Assembly: GCA_041736915.1 (NCBI GenBank)
Contig: JBGSST010000238.1
Location: forward strand, 1-56,588
Direction of reading: 5' to 3'
Length of the DNA: 56,588 nt
Origin: Bdellovibrionota bacterium
Lineage (GTDB): Bacteria > Bdellovibrionota > FAC87 > UBA2466
Position 1 is the stretch's first letter. Every line of letters starts with the position of its first letter. Below are positions 19,901 to 25,915 of this stretch, piece after piece. Under the pieces are notes generated by a model. That model had not been told where the DNA came from and ran no database searches. It saw only the letters and a list, made by a program, of their open reading frames with translations. Both the position numbers and the translations under genes were made by a program.

Positions 19901-22900
19901 CGGTTGCCGTTCAGTACGGGATACGAGTACGCCGGACCGATCTGACAATCGTCCGTAGTCGCGGGCAGCCCCGTCGGCGTCCAGTTTTGGGTATTGAAAT
20001 CCCAGTTTGTGGCGCCGGCGGCACCGTTCTGTGCGTTACCCCCACCCCAGATTTTAGTGGATACCCCACCGACGGTAACGGTGGAGATCGGACCCTGCAC
20101 CGGAGGACCATTGGTGCTGGGAAACTGATAGTTCTGCGAGTTCACCACGTCTTCGGTGGACGCAATCTTTACCTGTAACGTGGAGTTCAGGCGCGCATTC
20201 GACGAGGTCGCGAGCAGAACGTGAATGCACTTGGGCGTAGTATCGCTCAAAGTGATCACGCCACCGCCTAACGATAGAGTCGCCACCGCCGGATTATTGA
20301 CGAAGGTGAGGTTCGACCCAATCTGGGTATCGACGCCGGCGTTGTAGACGCAGTTCGCACTGGTATCGGCGTACACTTTCGCACTGGCTACGTCCGAAGC
20401 GGCGTTGGTTCCACCCAGGGTGAAGGTAATCGAAGTAATATCGCTCGCCGTTCCTACGCCGTTCAAGCTGAAAGCAAAGGTCGCAAAGAGGGTGTCCGAA
20501 GAACTACGGCCGATCGTGGCCGGCGGGTTACCGCCTGCGGTGGCATTCGCCAGCTGTAATCCGACCGGCGCCTGACTTCCCCAATTGATTTTGTTACCGG
20601 GGTCGGTCTCATACGCCGTGTCTCCAAATCCTGACCAATCCGACACCGTCACCGCCGTGCCCGTATATGCGGTGGCCTGGAAGTTCTTGATGTTTCCGAA
20701 AGCGTAGTCATCGAAGAAGCCAAGACCAGTCGGGTTCGGGCTGCTAGGAAGATTCTTCGCCGTGTTTAGGGTGATCGCAAAGCCACCACTGGCGAGGTAG
20801 TGAAACTCGCCGTTTGAAATAGTCTGGATGCTATCGGAGCCGGCCGTCGTGATGTTCAGGCCGGGCGCCGTCGTGCGGCTAATGGAAAAATAGTTTGCGT
20901 TAATTGAGCCCTGAACGTTGAGCGCAAAGCTAGAGCTGCCGTCGATGGCGTCAAGTTTCGCTACGGCGCCGGAGTTGCCGATGATCTGAAGCACTCCGCC
21001 GGGCTTAACCGTCATCGATTTACCGTTTCCAATCAGCACCGATCCACCGGCGCTAATTTTGAGCACGCCGCTTACTTCGATACCGCCGGCCGCGGTGAGC
21101 ACCGCTCCGTTCTGAATTTCCAGCGTAGCGCTCGCGGGAATCGTGAGCAGATCGTTAGTGTTGGAAAGGGTTAATCCTGACTGCACTTTGATCGTTCCCG
21201 CTCCGCTAGCGATCGCGAACGATTCGCTCACGGTGAACGTGCTCGGCATGTAGACGGTCGTAGAGTTTGTGATTAGCAGCTTGCTTAACGGATCGACGTT
21301 ATCCAGAGTCTGCTCAGCAGTTCCGGCCATCTTTAGCAGGAAACCCGATCCCGTCGTCAGTGAACCGGCGTTTTGGTTCGTGAAGAACTCTCCGGTTATG
21401 GTTAACACGCGTCCACCCTGAAGAGAGTGAGTCCCGGTTCCGGTGCTCGTCACGGTGAGCGGTCCACCATCCGAGGTGGCCGCTAGAGAAAAAGTGTTCG
21501 CGGCTGGCGCCGGAGCGGCGGCGATGTAGTAGACGGTGTTCAGCGCTAAGCCCGCGGGTAAGGTGCCGGTAGTCGTTAGTGTGACGGGGGTACCGGCCGA
21601 AAGCCCGTGCCCAGTCAGCGTAAACACTGAGGGGCGACGTCCGGTATGCGTGCCGGTTCCGGTGGTTTGCAACGAAAGCGGAACGCCGCCCGCCGTTCCC
21701 GACAGGTAGAAAGTGTTGGCGGTCGTGGCGGGGGCCGCGAGCACGTAGTACGGAGTGCCCGAAGTGATCCCCGTCGGAAGCGCTCCGCCTGAGTTGGTGA
21801 AGGTCACAACCTCGCCGGCGGCGATTCCGTGGGCCGTCCAGTTGATTAGGCCTGGTCGAGTGACGGTGTGTACTCCGGATTGGGTGCCACTGAATGTGAT
21901 GGACGTTCCCCCCACGGAAGGGGCGAGATAAAAGCTGTTGGTGAGGGGGGCGGGTGTCGCCGCCACGTAGTAGACCGTGCCCGGAGAGATGCCGGTGGGA
22001 AGTGCCCCCGTCGTGGAAAAGAAGACCGGGGTGCCGGCGGTCAACCCGTGAGCGGTATAATTTACTTTACTTGGTTGCTCAGCGGTATTTCCGGTGCCGT
22101 CCGAGGTCGTGGTGATAAAGGTGCCGCCAATGGTGGCGGTGACCGAGAATGAATTAGCCGTAGGCTCCGGGACGGCCGCCACATAGTAAATGGTAGCGGC
22201 CGTGAGCCCGCCGGGCATGGTGCCCGCGAATCGTACCGGATCCCCAACCGCCAGGCCGTGGGCAGTCCAGCGGACTGCATTGCGAATGCCCGTGTTGCCG
22301 CCGCTGCCGGTAACGTTGGTAAAGCCTAATCCATCCGATGTGGCCGACACGCCGAAGGAGTTCGCCGTAACCGGCAAAACGCTCGAAACGTAGTACGTCG
22401 TGGTGGTGTTAAGCGGCGCATCCGCCGTAGTTACGCGAAAGGAATCACCCGCCACGAGTCCGTGATTGGTCCAGCGAATCGCGTGTCGCTGAATGGTGAG
22501 GTTCGTATAGTTCGTGGCTCCGGCGGCATTAATCACCGCTCCGCCGGGGGTGGCGGCTAGTTGAAAGTTGTCGGTGCCACCGCCCGCCGGGTTGATGACG
22601 TAGTAGACGGTACTCGTGCTGAGTTCAGGGGGGAGCGTGCCGGCGGTAAAGCGGACGGGATCGCCAGCGACCAGTCCGCAGTTGTTCCAGGTCACACGAT
22701 CGGTAGTCGCGGAGAAGGAAGCGGTGATGAGCTGAGTGGTCACGACCGTCGTGGCAATATCGGCATCCACCATCGTCACCGCACCGGAGTTAGGAATGCT
22801 CGTCGTGACCGTACCGCTCGTGCCGGCCGTGACCGTAACGGTAGCCGTTGCCCCCACGGCCGCGGTGAAGGTGGGCGCGGTCGGGGTGGCCGTCATCGTG

Positions 22901-23265
22901 CCCGAGACTATTCTCAAACACGACAAGCTATAGCTAGCGTTGGGATAAATGGGGACACGCCAGTCAGCTTGGATATACGCATACTCGGTCGAGGCATTGG
23001 GAACGTTGTTGGGTTCCCAATTACCGGCGCTGTTCCAATCCGTGGTGCCTAAGTCCGGCTCCCAAACGAGCTGCGTCGCCGGATTGTCACTGACGCCGCC
23101 GCCGTTCTGACAGCATGCCCCGGTACCGAGCGTACACGCCGCCTGCGCGCTCTGACTCATCGCGGTTAACGCGATGGCGAGCGAAAAAAGAAGTCGGAAA
23201 ATTTTTGAACCGTGCGCTTTCAAACGTACCTCGTCGTGAAGGAGCCTCAGTCTTCTTTTCGGCAT
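13924..23265 (-). CDS. Giant (3113 aa) secreted surface protein: tandem repeats + beta-helix-like modules + peptidase C25 (gingipain-like) domain + C-terminal sorting signal
   Basis: Uninterrupted 9.3-kb ORF with signal peptide KIFRLLFSLAIALTAMSQSAQA. A TTG at 23223 preceded by GAGG is an alternative start. The C25 region spans ~aa 2655-3035 (nt ~14161-15303), with GRIP, FLGH-G (His2910, nt 14536-14538) and VAMNC (Cys2943, nt 14437-14439). Both codons were verified in the sequence. Confidence 0.9.
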   Translation of the reverse strand: MPKRRLRLLHDEVRLKAHGSKIFRLLFSLAIALTAMSQSAQAACTLGTGACCQNGGGVSDNPATQLVWEPDLGTTDWNSAGNWEPNNVPNASTEYAYIQADWRVPIYPNASYSLSCLRIVSGTMTATPTAPTFTAAVGATATVTVTAGTSGTVTTSIPNSGAVTMVDADIATTVVTTQLITASFSATTDRVTWNNCGLVAGDPVRFTAGTLPPELSTSTVYYVINPAGGGTDNFQLAATPGGAVINAAGATNYTNLTIQRHAIRWTNHGLVAGDSFRVTTADAPLNTTTTYYVSSVLPVTANSFGVSATSDGLGFTNVTGSGGNTGIRNAVRWTAHGLAVGDPVRFAGTMPGGLTAATIYYVAAVPEPTANSFSVTATIGGTFITTTSDGTGNTAEQPSKVNYTAHGLTAGTPVFFSTTGALPTGISPGTVYYVAATPAPLTNSFYLAPSVGGTSITFSGTQSGVHTVTRPGLINWTAHGIAAGEVVTFTNSGGALPTGITSGTPYYVLAAPATTANTFYLSGTAGGVPLSLQTTGTGTHTGRRPSVFTLTGHGLSAGTPVTLTTTGTLPAGLALNTVYYIAAAPAPAANTFSLAATSDGGPLTVTSTGTGTHSLQGGRVLTITGEFFTNQNAGSLTTGSGFLLKMAGTAEQTLDNVDPLSKLLITNSTTVYMPSTFTVSESFAIASGAGTIKVQSGLTLSNTNDLLTIPASATLEIQNGAVLTAAGGIEVSGVLKISAGGSVLIGNGKSMTVKPGGVLQIIGNSGAVAKLDAIDGSSSFALNVQGSINANYFSISRTTAPGLNITTAGSDSIQTISNGEFHYLASGGFAITLNTAKNLPSSPNPTGLGFFDDYAFGNIKNFQATAYTGTAVTVSDWSGFGDTAYETDPGNKINWGSQAPVGLQLANATAGGNPPATIGRSSSDTLFATFAFSLNGVGTASDITSITFTLGGTNAASDVASAKVYADTSANCVYNAGVDTQIGSNLTFVNNPAVATLSLGGGVITLSDTTPKCIHVLLATSSNARLNSTLQVKIASTEDVVNSQNYQFPSTNGPPVQGPISTVTVGGVSTKIWGGGNAQNGAAGATNWDFNTQNWTPTGLPATTDDCQIGPAYSYPVLNGNRTCNNVTLPDSGRLSWNNTTNVFTVLGSLEIGSSYNFTTATNGNITFASTTANQSIYAETTFPGGVTINNSAGSGTVTVNSDFSMTGDLTLSAGTLRITAGNTLTVAGNINVNGGTLKIDPGAYLILGDGRTLTVGASGTLEIVGNSSQPASFSCTGTTTGCAVSVSGTIKAQYYSFNRLAVAGVTIGSGATIDATHYLQNGAFTYPIGTNPVMITLNRQVPGNAWDNMTFDLDGSPATGAQSVVTGGAVAAGTLTIDAYSGNLTGDAFDTDPSYIVTWATPTTTLKLASVDASGTVTITIANPGVVTYTSHGLIAGASVVFSTTGALPTGLAPATTYYVAASPAPTTNTFSVTATLGGAAINTSGTQSGVHTATSGANNTNQGDTALRAGWWSFQQTDPGVYDNTDLTSVKVTLDGTGSSSDVSSARLYYDAACSGSGGTQVGTALTFSGSPPSITFSGLTGVTVQSDLTSPPQRCVYIEFDVASAATSGATLIAKIGTSGDVVNSEGYSFNGSFAPPKSGRTLTIIGNTVNWTGAVSTDWFNPLNWSPNTIIPDATRNCVINNATNSPIINAVGAVCKSVTIGNGTLTINSGQTLSVYGSLTNTGTIIQGSATATITILDDGSTVTNQTLQSSSALDYLVFNKTAGGYVYIGNNNLTINHFEIPASQNFIFNVRNGDTLTLPDAATLSSATFQVDGGSTVAVAPSTTFTVAGGTLKLGGVNDGYPQLTSNKATMTHSGGGTGRWSFVATSGNLDLDGWLVEWLTCPGMQITGTTNVPSLAGGQLREIPSPSFCAPSDVYGIQMNTTGTLPSGADYVGFNWGPDGSPPDPSETYYLLASTGCSNQTVNFTNWFGDFQFAVGIPDPATKVSMTNCGATISNASSPVSLSQAFKAEPYNGVVRLLWQTGQESAHRGFNIYRSVSPSDGYAQVNPTLIRNPIQSGTVHGNYDFRDSGVTNGVTYYYRLEDIAVNGKRKFHGPVSATPLNSLGVVPAASSGAIVSTNTSGGGAPSLNDTTPGIVTVAPGVTQLAKTKNSLRLRIDVPAFVRSASDMVGYDQLAIEGYASTTEGGKPELPERVVLVEVPGADAASFAEVSRTASDTTSIDIVAARTWTVVNGALISSREIDTAFYTTNQSLPSEPVEFQEIVENQGLYYLPIVVRPVKYNPVTRVANAISQITFDVHLSGAPNWNVGAPVTESGPWGYEGGLKIHLRKSGMYKLSYSDLVAAGVDGPFAGANVDKLRLFSKMGELPLQVLAAGANFSPGDEIRFFAPYFDVHTSDRNSLVLYVDSVNGLRMDDVDGTPTNVDSTQTAFRRRIELKNASIALFNEPIADNVEHIYWGRIYAPETSPGDASLKPEFDLPNLASTGHVLIRLSVKGGKGAVLNNPVHHLGLYVNGSASSLGDHVFQSNQPYSMEFTVPASMFVAGRNQIEVRVLGDLVPSGDYDVVNIERMTVDYPHTFRVDSGFADIQNTQAGKDMLVDGLSSGAIAVYDISQITGTALISNAVITDNDGIFAVKFATTPASSSLGRRLVVVADSAVFSPWALELNQGSNWKGLAQGADVLYIGPRRLLSAAARLAEWRRSNGARTALVPTEDIFMEFGQGVRSPQAIKDFIAYSIANWQAPAPKYVVLIGDASLDPKNQLGYGLASGVPTYFSKGQAVDYGNDNFYVALTEGSDAPALAIGRIPGGTVRAVETYIEKVITYESGATSPTGDAAQRFTLLSDTELYGGEKFDEKAERLASLLPGQWNQYTTVNLVKRSVLGDAAFKNAILNSFNNGALFIHFLGHGAENVWSDLNVFNNDDAEGLTNTQLPIVVAMNCLNGMYYDADPATLSLADKLLFNGHGGAVAMFASTTLTVPDLQVRVQDALYEYIVTHPEARLGDSVRMAKLRGGSADITGSWTLFGDPMLKVKIPSAGDRILASVPGPSANAPAASSSGSCAAVHSAQPAKPGLGAMLNVMILILALLVGRLAMARQPKRVPVKVKARRKS
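18775..18987 (-). repeat. Isolated seventh copy of the ~70-aa HGL/YYV repeat
   Basis: aa ~1427-1497: VVTYTSHGLIAGASVVFSTTGALPTGLAPATTYYVAASPAPTTNTFSVTATLGGAAINTSGTQSG. Confidence 0.7.
21418..22695 (-). repeat. Six tandem ~67-73-aa coding repeats (W/Y-T-x-HGL-x-x-GD/T-x-V...LP-x-G...T-x-YYV...N-x-F-x-L/V)
   Basis: aa ~191-616 of the giant protein. Examples: IRWTNHGLVAGDSFRV..TYYVSS..ANSFGVSAT, VNYTAHGLTAGTPVFF..VYYVAA..TNSFYLAPS, VFTLTGHGLSAGTPVTL..VYYIAA..ANTFSLAAT. Confidence 0.8.
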
Positions 23266-23422
23266 CCTTCACTAGGTTCTAAAATGGAGAAAAAATTTGG
23301 ACTTTCCCCTACTTATAAAGTTTAACGCGTCACATTAAATAGCCCCTAATGGAGATATCACCACAAATGGGAATGACGTGCTTTTCCGTGTGGTTAGAGT
23401 GGAATGGCGGGGGTAGGCGGGC

Positions 23423-23445
23423 TCCCCCGAATGGGGGATTTTTTT
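23423..23445 (+). terminator. Hairpin TCCCCC-GAAT-GGGGGA followed by T7 (intrinsic-terminator shape on the plus strand)
   Basis: Read directly. The T-run abuts or overlaps the stop codon of the minus-strand rSAM gene. On the minus strand the hairpin has no U-tract. Confidence 0.3.
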
Positions 23446-24473
23446 CAACTTTCGAAAACCTGCCGTTTGATCTCGCCCAGCTCCATCAGGAAGGGAACGG
23501 GGGCCATGCGATCCCCGGTTTCGGCGCCGGCCATGCCGGGGCAATGATCGCAGAACGATCCGCTACCGCACGAGGTGTCGAACTTGAGATCGCGAACGCG
23601 GTAACCGCGCAACTTCTCGGCCTGCGGTGAATGCCACAAGGTTTGGAAGTCGTGCTCGCGCAAGTTTCCGATCGGCTCGCGCACTTCGAGGCAGGTTAAA
23701 AGATCGCCGTACGGATTCACCGCGCATTTTCCTCGACCGGCGTTACACACCGGTGCGTTAGGATCGTCGACCGGATTGGGAGAAGGGCCGCGCCCCTTTT
23801 CCTTCATGCGAGTGTAGTAGCGACGAAGCTGATCGGGGGTGGCCCGGGTTGCGGTAGAGCCCAATGACGAATCATTTTTCGGAGTGACCAGCGGATCGAA
23901 CTGAATCGGAATTTCCATGCGATCGGCCCAGCTCTGGAGATCGAAACAGCCGTCGATATTTTCTTTCGTCAGCAAACAGTTCACGCCAAGCTGAATGTTG
24001 GCCTTCTTGAGCCGATCGATCGCGGCCACGGTGCGCGCGTGCGACCCGATTCGGCGGGTCATGCGATCGTGAATGGCGGCCTCGGCCGAGTAGAGACTTA
24101 CCGTCACCTGGTAGAAACCGAGTTCCGCAATTCTCCCGGCGGCCTCTTCGTCGAGCAGAAGGCCATTGGTGATGAGACTCATGGCAAAATTTTTCTTGGC
24201 GCCATACTCGGCAATTCCCCAAAACTGGGGATGCATCATCGCCTCGCCGCCGATCAAAATAAGGTAAAGCGTTTTGGCGTCGGCGAGCTGATCGACGATG
24301 CCTTTCCATTCGGCAAGGTTGAGCGGTGGTCGTCCGTCCGCCCGATCGTCGAAGGTGGAAAGGTAGCAGTGGCCGCATCGTTCGTTGCAGTGGTAGGTCA
24401 GCTCCAGCGTCGCCTGCAACGGCAGCAACGACTGCGAGTAGAGATCCCTCCACGCATTGACGATGGACATCAA
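23445..24473 (-). CDS. Radical SAM/SPASM-domain peptide maturase
   Basis: CNERCGHCY (CxxxCxxC) near the N-terminus. C-terminal auxiliary-cluster motifs CNAGRGKCAVNPYGDLLTC and CGSGSFCDHCPG. Start is TTG 24473 or ATG 24470, a 4-nt overlap with the upstream PqqD-like gene. Confidence 0.9.
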   Translation of the reverse strand: MMSIVNAWRDLYSQSLLPLQATLELTYHCNERCGHCYLSTFDDRADGRPPLNLAEWKGIVDQLADAKTLYLILIGGEAMMHPQFWGIAEYGAKKNFAMSLITNGLLLDEEAAGRIAELGFYQVTVSLYSAEAAIHDRMTRRIGSHARTVAAIDRLKKANIQLGVNCLLTKENIDGCFDLQSWADRMEIPIQFDPLVTPKNDSSLGSTATRATPDQLRRYYTRMKEKGRGPSPNPVDDPNAPVCNAGRGKCAVNPYGDLLTCLEVREPIGNLREHDFQTLWHSPQAEKLRGYRVRDLKFDTSCGSGSFCDHCPGMAGAETGDRMAPVPFLMELGEIKRQVFES

Positions 24474-24733
24474 ACCTCTCGGCGAATTAGTTTGAGCGAT
24501 TCCAGCTCAGTGAAAAAACGTTCGGCATCGCTTTGTGCGATAACCGGCTCGACGTCGAACGTGTCGCTGAGTCGCGCGGCAATCTCAGTGCACGTGGATT
24601 TTCCGTCGGCATTACGCCAAAGAAAGCTCGCGACTACGTTCAGCTCGTGAATGGTTCCGGCCTTGGGCGAGAGGACCACGACCCGTCCATCGACTTCACG
24701 CCACGGCAGATTCGAAATGTGGTGAGGCACCAT
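24470..24733 (-). CDS. PqqD-family peptide chaperone (RiPP recognition element)
   Basis: REVDGRVVVLSPKAGTIHELNVVASFLWRNADGKSTCTEIAARLSDTFDV...AERFFTELESLKLI is a typical PqqD/RRE pattern. ATG at 24733 gives 87 aa. The track ORF extends to 24844 with a Cys-rich extension. Confidence 0.8.
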   Translation of the reverse strand: MVPHHISNLPWREVDGRVVVLSPKAGTIHELNVVASFLWRNADGKSTCTEIAARLSDTFDVEPVIAQSDAERFFTELESLKLIRREV

Positions 24734-24774
24734 CCGCGAATTAAAACAAATGCCATCGCAGGGGGCAAGGCACG

Positions 24775-25737
24775 TTGCCGCAACGCAAGGCGTTTTCGTG
24801 CCGTCGCGCGTACCGCTATACTTCGGCGATGGATCGGCGGACATTTTTGAAAAGTTGGGCGGCAGCCGCTCACCCCCACACTTTAGAGCAGGGGGCCGAG
24901 CGTCTTGCCCTATCGATTGCGGGCGTCCGTTTCGACCTTCTCACCGCCGACGCCCGATTGGCGCGGCTGATGGGAAATTACTTCGCGGAGTACCGGGGCG
25001 AAGGCGAAGCGCGGCTGGCGGTGCATTTGTTCCCGCTAACCCGCACCGATTTGCCAAAGCTGTGGGATGACGCCGATCCCGATTTTCATGGCGACGGTGA
25101 CTTCGTGGTCCAGCGGGACTTCGGGGCCCGACGGGAACGGTTGGCGGATGGCCGCACGCGGGTGCTGGCCGCCCTTCATCCGGAAGAGCCCGAGGATGCC
25201 GTTCACAATCTGCTTCGCTGGGTAATGCCCGGTTTTCTCCTCGAGCACCGGTGTTTTCTGATGCACTCGGCGAGCGTGGTTTTTCGTGACGAGGGGTATC
25301 TCTTCTACGGCCAAAGCGGCGCCGGAAAGTCCACGACGGTGGCTCTGATCGCTGGCCACGAAGAGGGGGCCTCGGTTCTCGGTGATGACGCGGGCATCAT
25401 CGAATGCCGTGACGGTCGGGCCTGGCTGCACTCCGCTCCGCTCGGCAGTGGCTTTTCACGCCTTGCGCCGCGCAAGACGCGCGTTCCGCTGCGGGGGATT
25501 TTTTCTCTGGAGCAGTCTAGCCTCACCGAAAAGCAACCCATGCCGACGGCGGAGGCGGTGCGCACGCTTCTCGCCAGCGCCATGACGCCGGACTTTTCCG
25601 TGGATGTCGACGGGCGATTTGATCTGGCGGTTGAATTTGCCGGTTCCAGTTGTGGCGTGCGCCGGTTAAAATTCCAGAAAAGCGCCGAGTTTTGGACGAT
25701 GATTTCGACAACAGAAAAAGGGGTTGGTGGTGTCTGA
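24775..25737 (+). CDS. HPr-kinase-like P-loop protein (putative peptide Ser kinase)
   Basis: HSASVVFRDEGYLFYGQSGAGKSTTVALIAG...VLGDDAGII mirrors the HprK C-terminal domain pattern H..v...G.G.LI.G.SG.GKS....L...G..LV.DD. Start is ambiguous: TTG 24775 or ATG 24829. Confidence 0.75.
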   Translation: MPQRKAFSCRRAYRYTSAMDRRTFLKSWAAAAHPHTLEQGAERLALSIAGVRFDLLTADARLARLMGNYFAEYRGEGEARLAVHLFPLTRTDLPKLWDDADPDFHGDGDFVVQRDFGARRERLADGRTRVLAALHPEEPEDAVHNLLRWVMPGFLLEHRCFLMHSASVVFRDEGYLFYGQSGAGKSTTVALIAGHEEGASVLGDDAGIIECRDGRAWLHSAPLGSGFSRLAPRKTRVPLRGIFSLEQSSLTEKQPMPTAEAVRTLLASAMTPDFSVDVDGRFDLAVEFAGSSCGVRRLKFQKSAEFWTMISTTEKGVGGV

Positions 25738-25909
25738 CAAGAAAAATGAAACGGCGGAGAAACCGGACAAGCTGAAGTATCAGAAGCCGGAGATCAAAAC
25801 CGAGCCGCTCACCACCGTCGCCGCCCTCTGCAACGGCAGCGCCACAGGCGGCCGCAAAGCTACGACTGGCGCTCCGAACTTTTGCCAGGTCGCTAAGCTG
25901 AAGTCGTAA
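25724..25909 (+). CDS. Candidate RiPP precursor peptide (59-61 aa, two Cys, C-terminal Ser)
   Basis: VVSDKKNETAEKPDKLKYQKPEIKTEPLTTVAALCNGSATGGRKATTGAPNFCQVAKLKS. AAGGGG lies 6 nt upstream of GTG 25730, the best start. Overlaps the kinase-like gene stop and ends 7 nt before the peptidase gene. Contains a YxxPx(I/L) leader-like motif. Confidence 0.6.
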   Translation: MVVSDKKNETAEKPDKLKYQKPEIKTEPLTTVAALCNGSATGGRKATTGAPNFCQVAKLKS

Positions 25910-25915
25910 ATTTTC

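Noticed and set aside
18700-22700. Repetitive DNA inside the giant gene as a possible CRISPR array or non-coding satellite.
   Set aside because: The repeats are ~200-nt in-frame coding units with diverged sequence inside one continuous ORF. There are no short identical repeats with unique spacers.
24829-24880. MDRRTFLKSWAAAA at an alternative start of the HprK-like protein looks like a twin-arginine (S/T-RRxFLK) export signal.
   Set aside because: The hydrophobic region after the RR motif is only ~6 residues (SWAAAA) and is followed by charged or polar HPHTLEQG. An ATP-dependent P-loop kinase is expected to be cytoplasmic. The resemblance is probably coincidental.
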